Below, in pieces: positions 39,255-49,733 of a stretch of DNA of 64,000 bases. The stretch comes from an uncultured Candidatus Saccharibacteria bacterium (lineage in GTDB: Bacteria; Patescibacteriota; Saccharimonadia; CAILAD01; BJGX01). Location: NCBI GenBank assembly GCA_964552475.1, contig CAZKFZ010000004.1, forward strand, positions 1 through 64,000. Reading direction: 5' to 3'. Under the pieces are notes generated by a model. That model did not search any database, was not told the origin of the DNA, and saw nothing but the letters and a program-made list of their open reading frames with translations. Numbering within the stretch: position 1 is the stretch's first letter; the number at the start of each line of letters is the position of its first letter. A program made the translations under genes and the position numbers.

Positions 39255-40511
39255 TTAGTGTTGGGCGCTTTCTCTAACTTCATCTGTAGCAAAACCAATC
39301 TTATCAAGTGAAAACGACTGCTCAGACCAAGAGCTAGCCGATAAAACAATTTTGGAGCCATACTTATTTTCTAGAACATCTACAGCCTCAGACAGAGCAG
39401 AATCACTAGGCCCTAAGGATGCAGGTAAAAGGTCTAGTTGTTGTATAGAGGTTAAATCTATCAAAGTAATACTAATTTTCTTTAGCTTAGAAATATATTT
39501 ATGTTTTTTTAACAACATTCTAATATAATGAGTAATTAAATAATTACTATTAAAAATTGGTAGCTTATTAAGCTTATAGTTGAAGTAAATATTATCAATA
39601 TAGGCCAGCTGAATAACCAAACCTTTAGCAAATAATTTATTTTCTCTAAGCCTATAACCAAGAACTTCAGCTATTTTTATACAATATGTTGTAATTTTAT
39701 ATAAATTAGCATTTTTTAAACCTGTTATGGTCACTTGATGGCCCAGTGATTTGCGCTCTATGAGCGGTAGTTCATCCACTTCGTAACCCCTTAGTCTTAG
39801 ATACCATTTTTGGCCATTTACACCAAAGTTCTTACCTAGAAATCCCCAAGAAGCTCGGTATAGATCAGATGGCGTATTGATTTGTTGAGATATAAACTGC
39901 TTGGCCATTCTCTTACCTACACCAGTAAGTTCGGTAAGCTTAAAGTTAGAATAAAATTCTAAGAGATTGGACTGTTCAATACAAAATAAACCATTGGGCT
40001 TGTCGTAGCTCGCTGCCATTTTGGCTAGCCAGACATTACTAGCAATACCAATAGAACAATTTATATGTTCGTTATATATATTATTTATAGAGCTATTTAT
40101 TGCTTTACACAAAGCAAATACTTGGTATTTATTTTGTGCATACGAAGGTACTTTGAGGTATGCCTCGTCTATCCCCCGAGCTCTCACTCGGCAAATCGTA
40201 TTATGTAAAATACTCATAAATTCATTGTGAACTTGTCTATAGCGAGTTGGATTGCCATATACTATCTCTATCTCTGGGCAAAGCATTAGGGCCTCACCCA
40301 CCCTAATACCGGTATATATACCGGCTCGTTTTGCAATATATGATGCAGCTACAATGCTTGAGCCCATTGTGGAACCTGTTGCTACTCCCACTGGTTTATT
40401 GCGTAATCTTGGGTTGTAATACTGCTCTACCGACGCAAAGAATGAGTCCATATCTATATAGATAGTTGAATAATCTATAGGCTTTTGGCGTAACATTTCT
40501 TCTGGTTTCAT
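39255..40511 (-). CDS. Y-family DNA polymerase (DinB/Pol IV-like)
   Basis: 418 aa. ...IYIDMDSFFASVEQ... catalytic Asp motif, and SIDEAYLD-like ...RGIDEAYLKV... Confidence 0.8.
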   Translation of the reverse strand: MKPEEMLRQKPIDYSTIYIDMDSFFASVEQYYNPRLRNKPVGVATGSTMGSSIVAASYIAKRAGIYTGIRVGEALMLCPEIEIVYGNPTRYRQVHNEFMSILHNTICRVRARGIDEAYLKVPSYAQNKYQVFALCKAINSSINNIYNEHINCSIGIASNVWLAKMAASYDKPNGLFCIEQSNLLEFYSNFKLTELTGVGKRMAKQFISQQINTPSDLYRASWGFLGKNFGVNGQKWYLRLRGYEVDELPLIERKSLGHQVTITGLKNANLYKITTYCIKIAEVLGYRLRENKLFAKGLVIQLAYIDNIYFNYKLNKLPIFNSNYLITHYIRMLLKKHKYISKLKKISITLIDLTSIQQLDLLPASLGPSDSALSEAVDVLENKYGSKIVLSASSWSEQSFSLDKIGFATDEVRESAQH

Positions 40512-40637
40512 ATAAATATGATATAAAAATTAACCATATTTTGCAAACAAAAACCGAATATACATCATTAGTTAAATTATTGACGCCTTAACTATTGTCT
40601 GCTAAGGTAAATGCGATAGCTTAACTCTATAGCAAAG

Positions 40638-41207
40638 GTGTACAAGATGAAGCTACCGAACCTAATAAGTAAGTCAGGTCGCCTATATCAGAAACTTCGC
40701 AGACGACGAGGAACCAAACCTGGACTATTTGATGTATCTTGCATATTAACCGGTGAAGCATTCTATGCTACACCTAATTTCTACTATTTTGAAGACTGTG
40801 GACGCCCATGTTGGTTGCCTCTCAACCCTGCTCCAAAGCGTGGTGGACCAAATTGGGCTGTTACTGACGGTTGGCCGTCAGAAATTAATCCTGATCACCT
40901 GATTATTCAGCTTCAGCCTAGTGGATACATATCTGCATTACATAAAATGGATCATGGAGACAAAGTACTTGTAGTTGGTGAAGTAAGAGGAGAAATAGCT
41001 AGAGATGAAGTTGGTAATAAGTCAGATCTGTGGTACGTAATTGCCTGCCCACCAGATAAAGTAGTGAGAAACGCCCATCTAATTAAAGAAAGAGACAATG
41101 AGGGTAACTACATAGTCTACGCAAATAGTCTGTGGCTAGGTAATACAGGGTCGCACGGTATTTCGTACACCATGCCCCAAGCTACCCTAGATCTACTAGA
41201 GACCTAA
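40638..41207 (+). CDS. Hypothetical protein
   Basis: 189-aa ORF followed by a terminator. No recognisable motif. Confidence 0.45.
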   Translation: MYKMKLPNLISKSGRLYQKLRRRRGTKPGLFDVSCILTGEAFYATPNFYYFEDCGRPCWLPLNPAPKRGGPNWAVTDGWPSEINPDHLIIQLQPSGYISALHKMDHGDKVLVVGEVRGEIARDEVGNKSDLWYVIACPPDKVVRNAHLIKERDNEGNYIVYANSLWLGNTGSHGISYTMPQATLDLLET

Positions 41208-41212
41208 TCTAA

Positions 41213-41242
41213 ACACCTCTCAAAAATTGAGAGGTGTTTTTA
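41213..41242. terminator. Terminator hairpin (ACACCTCTC-aaaaatt-GAGAGGTGT-TTTTT) between convergent genes
   Basis: 9-bp stem with a T-run on the plus strand. Confidence 0.65.
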
Positions 41243-41246
41243 CTTT

Positions 41247-41963
41247 TTAGTCCTTTTTGTCAGCATCTTTTGAGGCTTCGCCGTCGGCAGGTTTGCCTTC
41301 GCCACCCTCGGTAGTTTCGACCTCGGCGCCTTCAACGCCCTCTTCACCTTCTTCGGCAGGCATTTCTTCTACAATATCTTCGTCTAGTGCATCAATTTCT
41401 TCTTGTGAGCGCGGCGCTTCTACCTTGGCAACCAATTCCTCGCCATCAACAAAGATCTCAACTCCTTCTGGAATAACCAGGTCACGTACATGAATAGATT
41501 TTTCAAAGTCGTCTAGTACGGTAATATCTACTTCTATATTAGCTGGAAGCTTGGCTGGGAGAGTTTCTACCTCCACCTCTTCAATATTTGTAAGTAATGT
41601 ACCCTCTAGTTGGTAAACAGCTGGAGCATCGCCCACAAAGTGCAATGGCACGGTAGTACGAATAGCTTGGCTCATATTTACCCTATACAGATCGGCATGA
41701 ATAAGATCGCCGGTGACAGGGTCGTGATTGACATCGTGAATAAGTACATTAGCAGATTTGTCTTGGTCTATCTTGAGATCTAAGATAGTATTATGACCCG
41801 ACGCAGCAAAAACACGTCCAAATTCGTGGGCGTTTAGAAAAATTGGTTCATTAGCTTTGTCTTGACCATACACAATAGCTGGCAAATTACCAGATTTGCG
41901 CTCGGTTGAAAGTTTTTTTCCAAACACATCACGTGTCTGGCCAATAAGTGTAGTTTTGTCCAT
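41247..41963 (-). CDS. rplY: 50S ribosomal protein L25 / general stress protein Ctc, with acidic C-terminal tail
   Basis: 238 aa. ...KSGNLPAIVYGQDKANEPIFL... N-terminal L25 fold, beta-barrel C-domain, and an E/G-rich tail. Confidence 0.8.
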   Translation of the reverse strand: MDKTTLIGQTRDVFGKKLSTERKSGNLPAIVYGQDKANEPIFLNAHEFGRVFAASGHNTILDLKIDQDKSANVLIHDVNHDPVTGDLIHADLYRVNMSQAIRTTVPLHFVGDAPAVYQLEGTLLTNIEEVEVETLPAKLPANIEVDITVLDDFEKSIHVRDLVIPEGVEIFVDGEELVAKVEAPRSQEEIDALDEDIVEEMPAEEGEEGVEGAEVETTEGGEGKPADGEASKDADKKD

Positions 41964-41978
41964 AATGTTATTAAAATA

Positions 41979-42344
41979 TTAGAAATGGGAATTGAGATCG
42001 GTAGTATGACTAGTAAGATAGAGGTGTAAATCAGCGACTTCGCTAGAATCAATCGGAGAAAGGCCTGAGAAGTGTTGCTTTTCACCCTTTTCTAAGTCAT
42101 TCTTGCGAAGCTTACTACCATAGTAATGGCTAGATTTGGTTTTTTTACTCTCTAGTTGACCACTCAATAAAACAGTGGCAAGAATTGGTAACGAACAAGC
42201 TGTACAGGTTAGTTGCATAAAACAATGTTCATCTATACGACCCAAAAAGGTGATATCCTCATGCTGGTACTGTGCACCGCATGATGGACACTTATAAAAT
42301 ACTTGTAGATTTTTTATCAATTCTTGAAGGTTCTTACCATTCAT
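41979..42344 (-). CDS. Hypothetical zinc-ribbon protein (CPSCG...CTAC)
   Basis: Roughly 120 aa from MNGKNL. Two CxxC pairs. Confidence 0.4.
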   Translation of the reverse strand: MNGKNLQELIKNLQVFYKCPSCGAQYQHEDITFLGRIDEHCFMQLTCTACSLPILATVLLSGQLESKKTKSSHYYGSKLRKNDLEKGEKQHFSGLSPIDSSEVADLHLYLTSHTTDLNSHF

Positions 42345-42396
42345 ATTTACTACCCTCTTGCACACAAGTGTAGCACAATATTACTTGTAGTGTCAA

Positions 42397-43464
42397 TCAA
42401 GACTGCCTGCCTTTACGTCTAATAATTACCGACAGAAGAAGAAACATTAACATAAGTAGTATAACTAACGAGAAAATAGCTACTATCTTTTGAGTTGGTG
42501 ATGCTATAAGAGCAATACCACCAAATATTATACAGAGTGCGTAAATACTAAGGGCCGCCTGACGCTGTGAGAGACCAGCATCTAGTAATAAATAATGCAA
42601 GTGTCCTCTATCGGCGCTAAATGGCGATCTACCGCTTAAAATGCGTCTTAGAGCTGCCCAAACGGCGTCTATTATAGGAACACCTAGTACTAGCGCGGCG
42701 GTAGCAAGCTTACCACCAGAGAATATAGCAATCACACCTAGACTCATACCTAAAAAATAAGCCCCAGAATCACCATTAAATATTTTGGCTGGATGAAAGT
42801 TGTATACCAAATAACCCATACAACCACCAGCTAATGCAATAGAAATAAGTGCGGTCTGACTTTGTTGTACATCTGGGCTTAGGGCCAAAAAGAACATCAC
42901 TACAGCCGCGATAGCAGCAATACCACCAGACAGGCCATCTATACCATCTACAAAGTTCATAGTGTTGGTCATACCAGCTAACCAAAGAGTGGTAAAAAAT
43001 AGTGCCACAATATTAAAACTCACCATGTAGCCAAGAACTCCAAAACTAAAAGTTGGGTCTGTAAAAACAAAACTTTGCCCGCCGATAGGATTAGTAACAG
43101 CCTCTATTCGAATTCCAAAAAAGCTAAAAGCTATTATCGCCGCCAAAATCTGTACTGTAAGTTTATGCCATGGTTTTAACCTAGAAATATCATCTATAAA
43201 GCCTAGTACCAACACTATTGTGCTAGCCACTATCAAACCCCAGTACTCTAGGTTGTGTTCAGGTACCAGAATAAGTGTAGTAACAATAAAGGCCAAAAAT
43301 ATAGCTATGCCACCGCCACGTGCCATTGTGGTAGTGTGTATTTTTCTACTATTTTTTTCAGGCTTGACATCTACCGCACCAACCATAAAGGCAAACTTTT
43401 TTACCGCTGGCACAAAAAGTGCGGCCAAAATAAGTGTGGTAAGTAGAGCAACAAAATATATCAT
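42397..43464 (-). CDS. Polyprenyl-phosphate N-acetylhexosamine-1-phosphate transferase (MraY/WecA family)
   Basis: 355 aa. Polytopic. ...NFVDGIDGLSGG... and a DDxxD-like motif. Confidence 0.75.
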   Translation of the reverse strand: MIYFVALLTTLILAALFVPAVKKFAFMVGAVDVKPEKNSRKIHTTTMARGGGIAIFLAFIVTTLILVPEHNLEYWGLIVASTIVLVLGFIDDISRLKPWHKLTVQILAAIIAFSFFGIRIEAVTNPIGGQSFVFTDPTFSFGVLGYMVSFNIVALFFTTLWLAGMTNTMNFVDGIDGLSGGIAAIAAVVMFFLALSPDVQQSQTALISIALAGGCMGYLVYNFHPAKIFNGDSGAYFLGMSLGVIAIFSGGKLATAALVLGVPIIDAVWAALRRILSGRSPFSADRGHLHYLLLDAGLSQRQAALSIYALCIIFGGIALIASPTQKIVAIFSLVILLMLMFLLLSVIIRRKGRQS

Positions 43465-45128
43465 TTCTTTACAGCCTTCTCGGTAACAACAAAACCTAGA
43501 TAGCGACCAAACATTAGCTTAGTTTGAGCACTAATGGCGGCAAATGCACCAAAAACTATAGCGGTAACCGGTACCAATATCCACTGTAAAACCATATAGA
43601 TTATGCGGTGTCGCTTAATGTGTGCTGGGCGCTTGGGGAGCATGATAAAACTTATCCAAATAGTAACAAACAAACCAACCATTGCCAGCGTAAGTATGTT
43701 AGACGCTACTATGGGTAACTGATGAGCTATAGCCTGTCTGTTAAATGAGGTATTGAGATACAGGGGTGTCCAGGCTGCAAAAGTAAGAATAAGTGGTGCC
43801 GTTGCCCAACTAAAGTGCCCTTCAAATAACCTACCTATCTGTAAAAGCTTATTACTAGCTGCTATATTAGTGTTCTTTACGGAGTTTTTTACAACATACG
43901 GAAAATCACTTACACCGTAGGCCCACCTTTGAAGCTGCTTAAACTGTGCAATAAAGGTTCTTCTATAGGTGCGAGCCAATACAGCGTCTTGATATATTGG
44001 TAGGAACAAAGGCTCTACCATATAGTCGCCGTTAAAGGCAAAATAACTACGATAAAACTGATGACCATCTTCTACGGGGCTAGTGATAGACCAGAAATCA
44101 GTATCTATTAGAGCATCTAGGCTTTGAGCATGAGAGGCAAAATTGCGTAATCTACCTTGCCTCACACTCTCTATCATCACCCAGAAAGAATTACTAGTAG
44201 CAATCACTCTCATGGGAGCAGGCACATCCCAAATATTATTATTAAACAAAGCTAAAGGCTGGAAAGAGCTGTGTTTTCTATTGGGATTTACACAGTAGGC
44301 GTAAGTTAAACGACTAAAATACTGGGGGTGTACTCGATGATCACAGTCAATTGTAGTAATAATTACATTGCTTGGATCGATACCCTTTTTTTCTATGAAT
44401 TTAAGTGCTTTTTTACCGGCAAAAGAAATGTTTGCGCCTTTGCCTTTTAGTTCTCCAGCTATATTATCTGGGTGACAGTATGTAATATACTCACCGAAAT
44501 GTTTAGAATAATCTTTTTCAAGTGTTTTAGCAGTCTGCTTGGTGGATTGCCCGCCCCTAGCTTCGTAACTAAATACAAAAATGACTTTTTTTCTATCATA
44601 CTCCGAATCTATAAGCGCCTGTATAGCTGGTCGTATTATGTCTATAGACTCTATATAAAGTGGCATTATTACAAGATGATATATATCTTTTGGAGCCAAT
44701 GTAGTTGCTTGGTGATCATATAAGAGCCCCAGTCTTTCTACCTCGGCCTTAAGATGCTTAATATGGGTTTTTGATGCTTTTCTACTAATGGATTGTGTAA
44801 GTCTGTCTTGAGCGTGAGAAAGAGTTGTCTCTATAGACTCTAGTTCAACAATTCTGGCGTTCCAATCTATAGCCTCTGTGTCACGCATTTTTCTATAGCC
44901 CAACAGTAGAGAGTAGCTCATTCTTAGTGACTTAAGTAACCAAAAGAGATCAAAAGCAATAATAAAATAAGCAACTCCAATTGGCCATAGAAAGCTTAGG
45001 TATATAGGGCTAAGCAAAAATAACCAAGTTATTAGGCCAGGCAGTATCTCGAATATTCTATAAAACAGCCGTGAGTCGGCGAAACTTACAGAAGCAGGTA
45101 TTGTATCTTGGGTATTAAGTTGTGCCAT
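43461..45128 (-). CDS. Membrane-bound glycosyltransferase family 2
   Basis: 555 aa. N- and C-terminal TM helices flanking a GT-A domain with DCDH (DxD) and a QxxRW-like region. Confidence 0.65.
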   Translation of the reverse strand: MAQLNTQDTIPASVSFADSRLFYRIFEILPGLITWLFLLSPIYLSFLWPIGVAYFIIAFDLFWLLKSLRMSYSLLLGYRKMRDTEAIDWNARIVELESIETTLSHAQDRLTQSISRKASKTHIKHLKAEVERLGLLYDHQATTLAPKDIYHLVIMPLYIESIDIIRPAIQALIDSEYDRKKVIFVFSYEARGGQSTKQTAKTLEKDYSKHFGEYITYCHPDNIAGELKGKGANISFAGKKALKFIEKKGIDPSNVIITTIDCDHRVHPQYFSRLTYAYCVNPNRKHSSFQPLALFNNNIWDVPAPMRVIATSNSFWVMIESVRQGRLRNFASHAQSLDALIDTDFWSITSPVEDGHQFYRSYFAFNGDYMVEPLFLPIYQDAVLARTYRRTFIAQFKQLQRWAYGVSDFPYVVKNSVKNTNIAASNKLLQIGRLFEGHFSWATAPLILTFAAWTPLYLNTSFNRQAIAHQLPIVASNILTLAMVGLFVTIWISFIMLPKRPAHIKRHRIIYMVLQWILVPVTAIVFGAFAAISAQTKLMFGRYLGFVVTEKAVKK

Positions 45129-45501
45129 ATTTTATTACCGTAAAACCCAGTAAAATTGCAATTGCCAAAATTACTACCATTAGAGCAGCAATTGCCAAGA
45201 ATATACTCAGTATTCTATTTTTTTTGTGCAGTAGTGTTGCTAGAAAGATATTCATTAGTGAGACAATTACGGCAATTGCAGTAATATCATAGAGTTGATA
45301 CCAGGGGCCGAGTTGATCAAAATTTGACAGCGAGGTGAACCTTACCGGAAGGTCAATGTTGACCTTATATATATGTGTAACCGACCAAATTATTAAAAAG
45401 GCATTACCAATAATAATGAGTACAACTATACCAATAAGCCAGCCATCTTTAAAAAACATTTGGCCTTTGAGCTCGGATTTGATTTTTTTTAGTGTCTGCA
45501 T
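45115..45501 (-). CDS. Small hypothetical membrane protein
   Basis: 128 aa, three hydrophobic helices. Overlaps the GT2 gene start. Confidence 0.4.
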   Translation of the reverse strand: MQTLKKIKSELKGQMFFKDGWLIGIVVLIIIGNAFLIIWSVTHIYKVNIDLPVRFTSLSNFDQLGPWYQLYDITAIAVIVSLMNIFLATLLHKKNRILSIFLAIAALMVVILAIAILLGFTVIKYGTT

Positions 45502-45580
45502 ACCAATATAGCTATATTATACCCTAAAATTACTTAAAAAAATGACCCCATCATCAAGTTGGGTATCTCGAAAATTCCCT

Positions 45581-45656
45581 TGGAGCCGATGAGCGGGATC
45601 GAACCGCTGGCCTATACTTTACGAAAGTATCGCTCTACCAACTGAGCTACATCGGC
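45581..45656 (-). tRNA. tRNA-Thr (anticodon CGT), CCA encoded
   Basis: GCCGATG-TA-GCTC/AGTTGGTA/GAGC-G-ATACT/TTCGTAA/AGTAT-AGGCC-AGCGG/TTCGATC/CCGCT-CATCGGC-T-CCA. Confidence 0.85.
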
Positions 45657-45734
45657 CTATACACAAATATGAGTTACTCATTACAGGTTAGAGCAACTCA
45701 TATTCTATCATATATATTTTAGCTGTAGTTCTAC

Positions 45735-45980
45735 TTAGACAATACGTTTTTTTAAGCGATTTGAAAGTTTTTGCCAAGCCTCGTACTCGGTTATTTTACG
45801 TTCATTGGGGCTTAAGAAAAACGATCTACCAAACTTGGTCTTGCCCTTTTGCGATATTGATCGAATATCTAGTACATTTTCGCTACCCAAATAAGGCACT
45901 TGGTCGTGTGCCTTTACCACCCTCACCTTTACCTTGCGTGGTCTGGTGACTTGATAATATGTTAGCATTGCAACTTGCAT
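45735..45980 (-). CDS. Small basic hypothetical protein
   Basis: 81-aa ORF, K/R-rich. Confidence 0.3.
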   Translation of the reverse strand: MQVAMLTYYQVTRPRKVKVRVVKAHDQVPYLGSENVLDIRSISQKGKTKFGRSFFLSPNERKITEYEAWQKLSNRLKKRIV

Positions 45981-46160
45981 TAGTTGCCCTCCTTTTTGTT
46001 TTTATATTATTTTTTGTTTTTATATTATTAAAAACTTATCTGACTTCACCTCTGAAGTTACCTATATCGTATCAAATAGTTATGCAATAGTCAATAATAT
46101 TCTTATGCTTTTTTTATAGTAAAAATCCTCCAAAATTTTTGCATTCTGGAGGATTTAGAT

Positions 46161-46772
46161 TTACCAAGTTTCTCGCTCAGCAATCAAGTTTACTCTAGCC
46201 TGCCCTTCAAATATCTTATAAAACAGGTCTGTAGAGAATATTCTCTCACGAGACAAGAGCCTATCTATAAAGGCATTGCGACCAGCGCTCTGTAAAGAGC
46301 CAGCAAATGCTGCAAACTCTCGGCCAATCTTCTCACTATTTTCTCTATAGACATCTGGTAAGGACGCTAAGGAGCAGAGATCGAGGTCGCAAAGCATAGC
46401 TGCTTGCCAGCTATTTGGTACATGGTCTTTGGTACACTCAATCATCTGGGCAATAAGCTTAATATCGACCCGTGTTACGCCCAAATCTGGCAAAATTGTC
46501 TTTGCAATCATAGCGCTATCGGCCTCATTGTAGCTACTACCAGGCTCATAGACTATGTTGTGTAGCCAAACGGCGATCTTTACTACTCTAGGTACAAAAT
46601 CAAAGTACTCTTCGGCTACTAATAGTAAATACTCAATATGTTCTAGTGAGTGAAAATGCCGATTTGGCGCATGATAATGATCTTTCACCCAGTTAAACCA
46701 CTCTAGCGATGTATCTAGCGAAACAGTTGGGAAAAGATCTACCCAACGCTGCATCATGCTTTTGGTCATCAT
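46161..46772 (-). CDS. HD-superfamily-like metal-dependent phosphohydrolase (COG4339-like)
   Basis: 203 aa. HYHAPNRHFHSLEHI ... WLHNIVYE His/Asp pattern. A terminator hairpin lies just downstream (46125-46160). Confidence 0.45.
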   Translation of the reverse strand: MMTKSMMQRWVDLFPTVSLDTSLEWFNWVKDHYHAPNRHFHSLEHIEYLLLVAEEYFDFVPRVVKIAVWLHNIVYEPGSSYNEADSAMIAKTILPDLGVTRVDIKLIAQMIECTKDHVPNSWQAAMLCDLDLCSLASLPDVYRENSEKIGREFAAFAGSLQSAGRNAFIDRLLSRERIFSTDLFYKIFEGQARVNLIAERETW

Positions 46773-46782
46773 GGTGTCTCCT

Positions 46783-46968
46783 TTAGTCTTTAAAGAAACT
46801 ATACATTAGATCATCTGGTGGAGCTTTGCCAATTTGCCTTTTGGCTTGGTCTATCCAGGCCTGAGCATTAGGACAAACACCACTCACGCAGTCCCAAAAA
46901 TCGCGACCACTACCGTTCCAGCGAGGGTCGGATTCGCTAGTAATACTCCAGGTACCCTCTCTAGGCAT
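46783..46968 (-). CDS. Small ORF upstream of the HD-like gene (possible short protein or N-terminal remnant)
   Basis: 61 aa, GC-rich. Ends 10 nt before the next start, in a different frame. Confidence 0.25.
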   Translation of the reverse strand: MPREGTWSITSESDPRWNGSGRDFWDCVSGVCPNAQAWIDQAKRQIGKAPPDDLMYSFFKD

Positions 46969-47072
46969 CTTAGTTTCCTTTTGTTGTTTTTAAGGTACAC
47001 TCAAATATTAGTCTCTTGTTACAATAGTGTAAAGTGTGTATAATAATCATTATACAAAGGAGTAAATATATA

Positions 47073-47849
47073 ATGATAAATCAAAAATTATTCCTGGCTA
47101 AATTAGATCTTAGTGAGGCCGAGATTGATGTGTATCTGGCAATGGTACAGGGAGCCTTGGCAGCGCGCGATATCGTACAGGTTACCGGCAGAAGCCGACC
47201 CACTGTGTATTATGCTCTCACCTCTCTAGAGCGACGTGGTTTTATCAGTAAAACTGGCCTAGAAGATGACAAGCGTTTTCGTATAGAGCCTTTAAAAAGA
47301 CTTAAAACTATTCTAGAAACCAAGCAATCAGAGCTAGTGGCACTAAATAAGCAGGCTGATGAGTTTATAGCTCATTTTAAACAAACTCAACCTGGCGATC
47401 ACAAGCCACAAGTATCTTTTTATGAAGGTGCGGCGGCGGTACGCAACGTTATTATGGAAACGGTTTATTGTAAGAGCAAACATATAGACAGTCTAGTGCC
47501 TACCAATAATTTCTTTTGGCAGCTAGGGGAAGACTTTGTGCAGCACTATGTGGCTATGCGGCAAAAACACCGAGTAAGTACTAAAAATTTATGGGGAACT
47601 ACCATAAACCCTCAAGAAATAAGCAAATACTACAACAAGGCCGAGATACGAATGTTGCCCAAAGGAGTCGGTGAAAGCTTTGATAGTACGGTATTTATGT
47701 TTGACAACTCAGTACTATATATATCTTCATTATCTAGTGGTTATGGTCTATTAGTACAATCAAAAGAACACTTCCATCTTATGCAAGCTATGTATAAGAC
47801 TATGTGGCAAATCTCTAAACCGCTAGATTTAAATATAAAAACGGCTTAA
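47073..47849 (+). CDS. TrmB-family transcriptional regulator
   Basis: ORF opens at 47034, but the likely start is MINQKLF. wHTH ...RDIVQVTGRSRPTVYYALTSLERRGFIS..., coiled-coil, and a C-terminal TrmB-like domain. Confidence 0.65.
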   Translation: MINQKLFLAKLDLSEAEIDVYLAMVQGALAARDIVQVTGRSRPTVYYALTSLERRGFISKTGLEDDKRFRIEPLKRLKTILETKQSELVALNKQADEFIAHFKQTQPGDHKPQVSFYEGAAAVRNVIMETVYCKSKHIDSLVPTNNFFWQLGEDFVQHYVAMRQKHRVSTKNLWGTTINPQEISKYYNKAEIRMLPKGVGESFDSTVFMFDNSVLYISSLSSGYGLLVQSKEHFHLMQAMYKTMWQISKPLDLNIKTA

Positions 47850-47900
47850 ACTTTCGTTTAAACCGTTTGTCATTACTTTGCATTATTTATAAGCCTACCT

Positions 47901-48218
47901 CTAAGGTAGATTGCGCATGCGCTCCCAGTTGTATTCAACCTGACGGTTGCCAGATGAACGCCGATGGCTTGAGCCACTCGAGCCAAAAACTACAGCACCA
48001 ACCGCAGTACACGCCCAGAAGATCAAGCCACCGACCAGTTCTGCTAAGATAAACACCTCAGCAGCACCCCAGGCAATTTGATTACCGTTGGTTGGATCAG
48101 CCTTGACACCATCTACCATATTCACGATGCCACCGATCAAGAACACCCAAATACCTACATACAGACCGAGTACAACGCCAGCAATAATGAAAAGTACACC
48201 GAGAATTTTCACGTTCAC
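47901..48218 (-). CDS. Small hypothetical membrane protein
   Basis: 105 aa, GC-rich, two or three TM helices. Confidence 0.4.
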   Translation of the reverse strand: MNVKILGVLFIIAGVVLGLYVGIWVFLIGGIVNMVDGVKADPTNGNQIAWGAAEVFILAELVGGLIFWACTAVGAVVFGSSGSSHRRSSGNRQVEYNWERMRNLP

Positions 48219-48342
48219 CTCATCTAGGTACTCACAGGGAGGCTGCCCTGTCAGATTACTAATGGGTAGTAATGATTGCTATAATAACATATTAGATATT
48301 CATAGTCAATATAAAACTCCCCACCAACCGGTGAGGAGTATG

Positions 48343-48744
48343 TTATTTACTGGCGCTATGTTCGTCAGCAGCATCTGAAATCGATCTAAAATCCTCTTTT
48401 GTCATAGACCGCTCAGTGCCGTCACGTTCAATAACCTTTTTGCCTATCCTTACATGTACCCAGCCATTGTCGTAAGCAGGGCCTGCTTGGTGCATAGGTA
48501 GCCAATGTGACTTACCATCAATCACCATTTCGTAGCGAGGAAACTCACGTTCTAACCAACGAATTTCGCTCTCAAGACTTCTTACTACCTCCTGTACTAC
48601 TAGCTGTGCAGCAGCATCTACTGAAGCGTCAAAAACAACACCCGTATCCACCACTCCAGTGTCAGCTAGCTCACGTGCTGCATACACAGCAGCTTGGCGC
48701 CACCGTTGCTTGAGTTCTTCGGTAACCAACGCTGTATCGGTCAT
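48343..48744 (-). CDS. Hypothetical protein
   Basis: 133 aa, GC-rich. Overlaps the downstream hydrolase gene by 4 nt. Confidence 0.45.
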   Translation of the reverse strand: MTDTALVTEELKQRWRQAAVYAARELADTGVVDTGVVFDASVDAAAQLVVQEVVRSLESEIRWLEREFPRYEMVIDGKSHWLPMHQAGPAYDNGWVHVRIGKKVIERDGTERSMTKEDFRSISDAADEHSASK

Positions 48745-49388
48745 TTCACCCCTTTGAATAGGCTCTGAGTATTATAGCTGTCTTTTGTATTATGTAAAAG
48801 TCTAGCTAAGCCCATTACTACTCCCACAAGATGACCAACGGCCAATACACGGTGTTGTTCAACTCCTACAATGCTCATCGTACCAACCGGTACAACACAG
48901 TCTAATAGCGGTTTGTAGATAGTAATTAGCAGTTTGTCTTGCACTGTAAGCCTATTTACAAATTGCTCGTCACAATCTACTACTGAGTGCAAGTATGCAA
49001 TACTAGGCTTTTTACCTTTTCTATGCAAGGCAGTTTGTACTAGGTGATTTCTATCACCTAGTTGCAGGCGACCACTAATACAAACGAGTTTAATACTGGC
49101 ATCTGGAAACTCTTGGCGTAACTGTACAAACACCGATAGTGCTAAGCTAGCCCCAGCACTAACGCCTACAAGAGTAAGTTGATTGGTGCTAGCAAGTATT
49201 TCCTTGGCTTGCACAACCACTTTTGAGCGTAACTCTATAACATCTCCATTGCCATGCCAATCAACACTAGTAAAATGAAGGTCTATATATTTACGGCTAA
49301 ATAGCCAACTTAGTAATCTTTCTGGCCAACCAACGCCTGTTCTCTCTAAGCCATTAATATAGAGCATCTGTGAATGAGTTTTTTTCAC
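48741..49388 (-). CDS. Alpha/beta-hydrolase-fold protein (GxSxG esterase/lipase-like)
   Basis: 215 aa. ...LVGVSAGASLA... nucleophile elbow. Confidence 0.55.
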   Translation of the reverse strand: MKKTHSQMLYINGLERTGVGWPERLLSWLFSRKYIDLHFTSVDWHGNGDVIELRSKVVVQAKEILASTNQLTLVGVSAGASLALSVFVQLRQEFPDASIKLVCISGRLQLGDRNHLVQTALHRKGKKPSIAYLHSVVDCDEQFVNRLTVQDKLLITIYKPLLDCVVPVGTMSIVGVEQHRVLAVGHLVGVVMGLARLLHNTKDSYNTQSLFKGVK

Positions 49389-49733
49389 TTGTCACCTATT
49401 TAGGATTGTGAAAGAGCTTTACGGCACCTAGAATACCATATTTTATTAAAATATTCAATAATAAATTTATTTGGTGTGGCTCGATCCGGATAGCGACAGA
49501 ATACTTCGTTTTTGTCTAACCGGCTTCGCCGGTCAAACCTGGTCATCATGAAAAAAGCATCACAGTAGTGATGCACTTTTCATGGCGGGGGCTAGTTGTT
49601 ACATTGAGAACTTGTGCTAATGACTTTGAGGGTTATGAGTTTGATAATTTGTTTGACGCTATTGAAGAGCACGAGCCAAGTCTTGCCATATTACAACCAG
49701 CATCAGCTCAATAGGCTATAGCTCACTTGTTGA

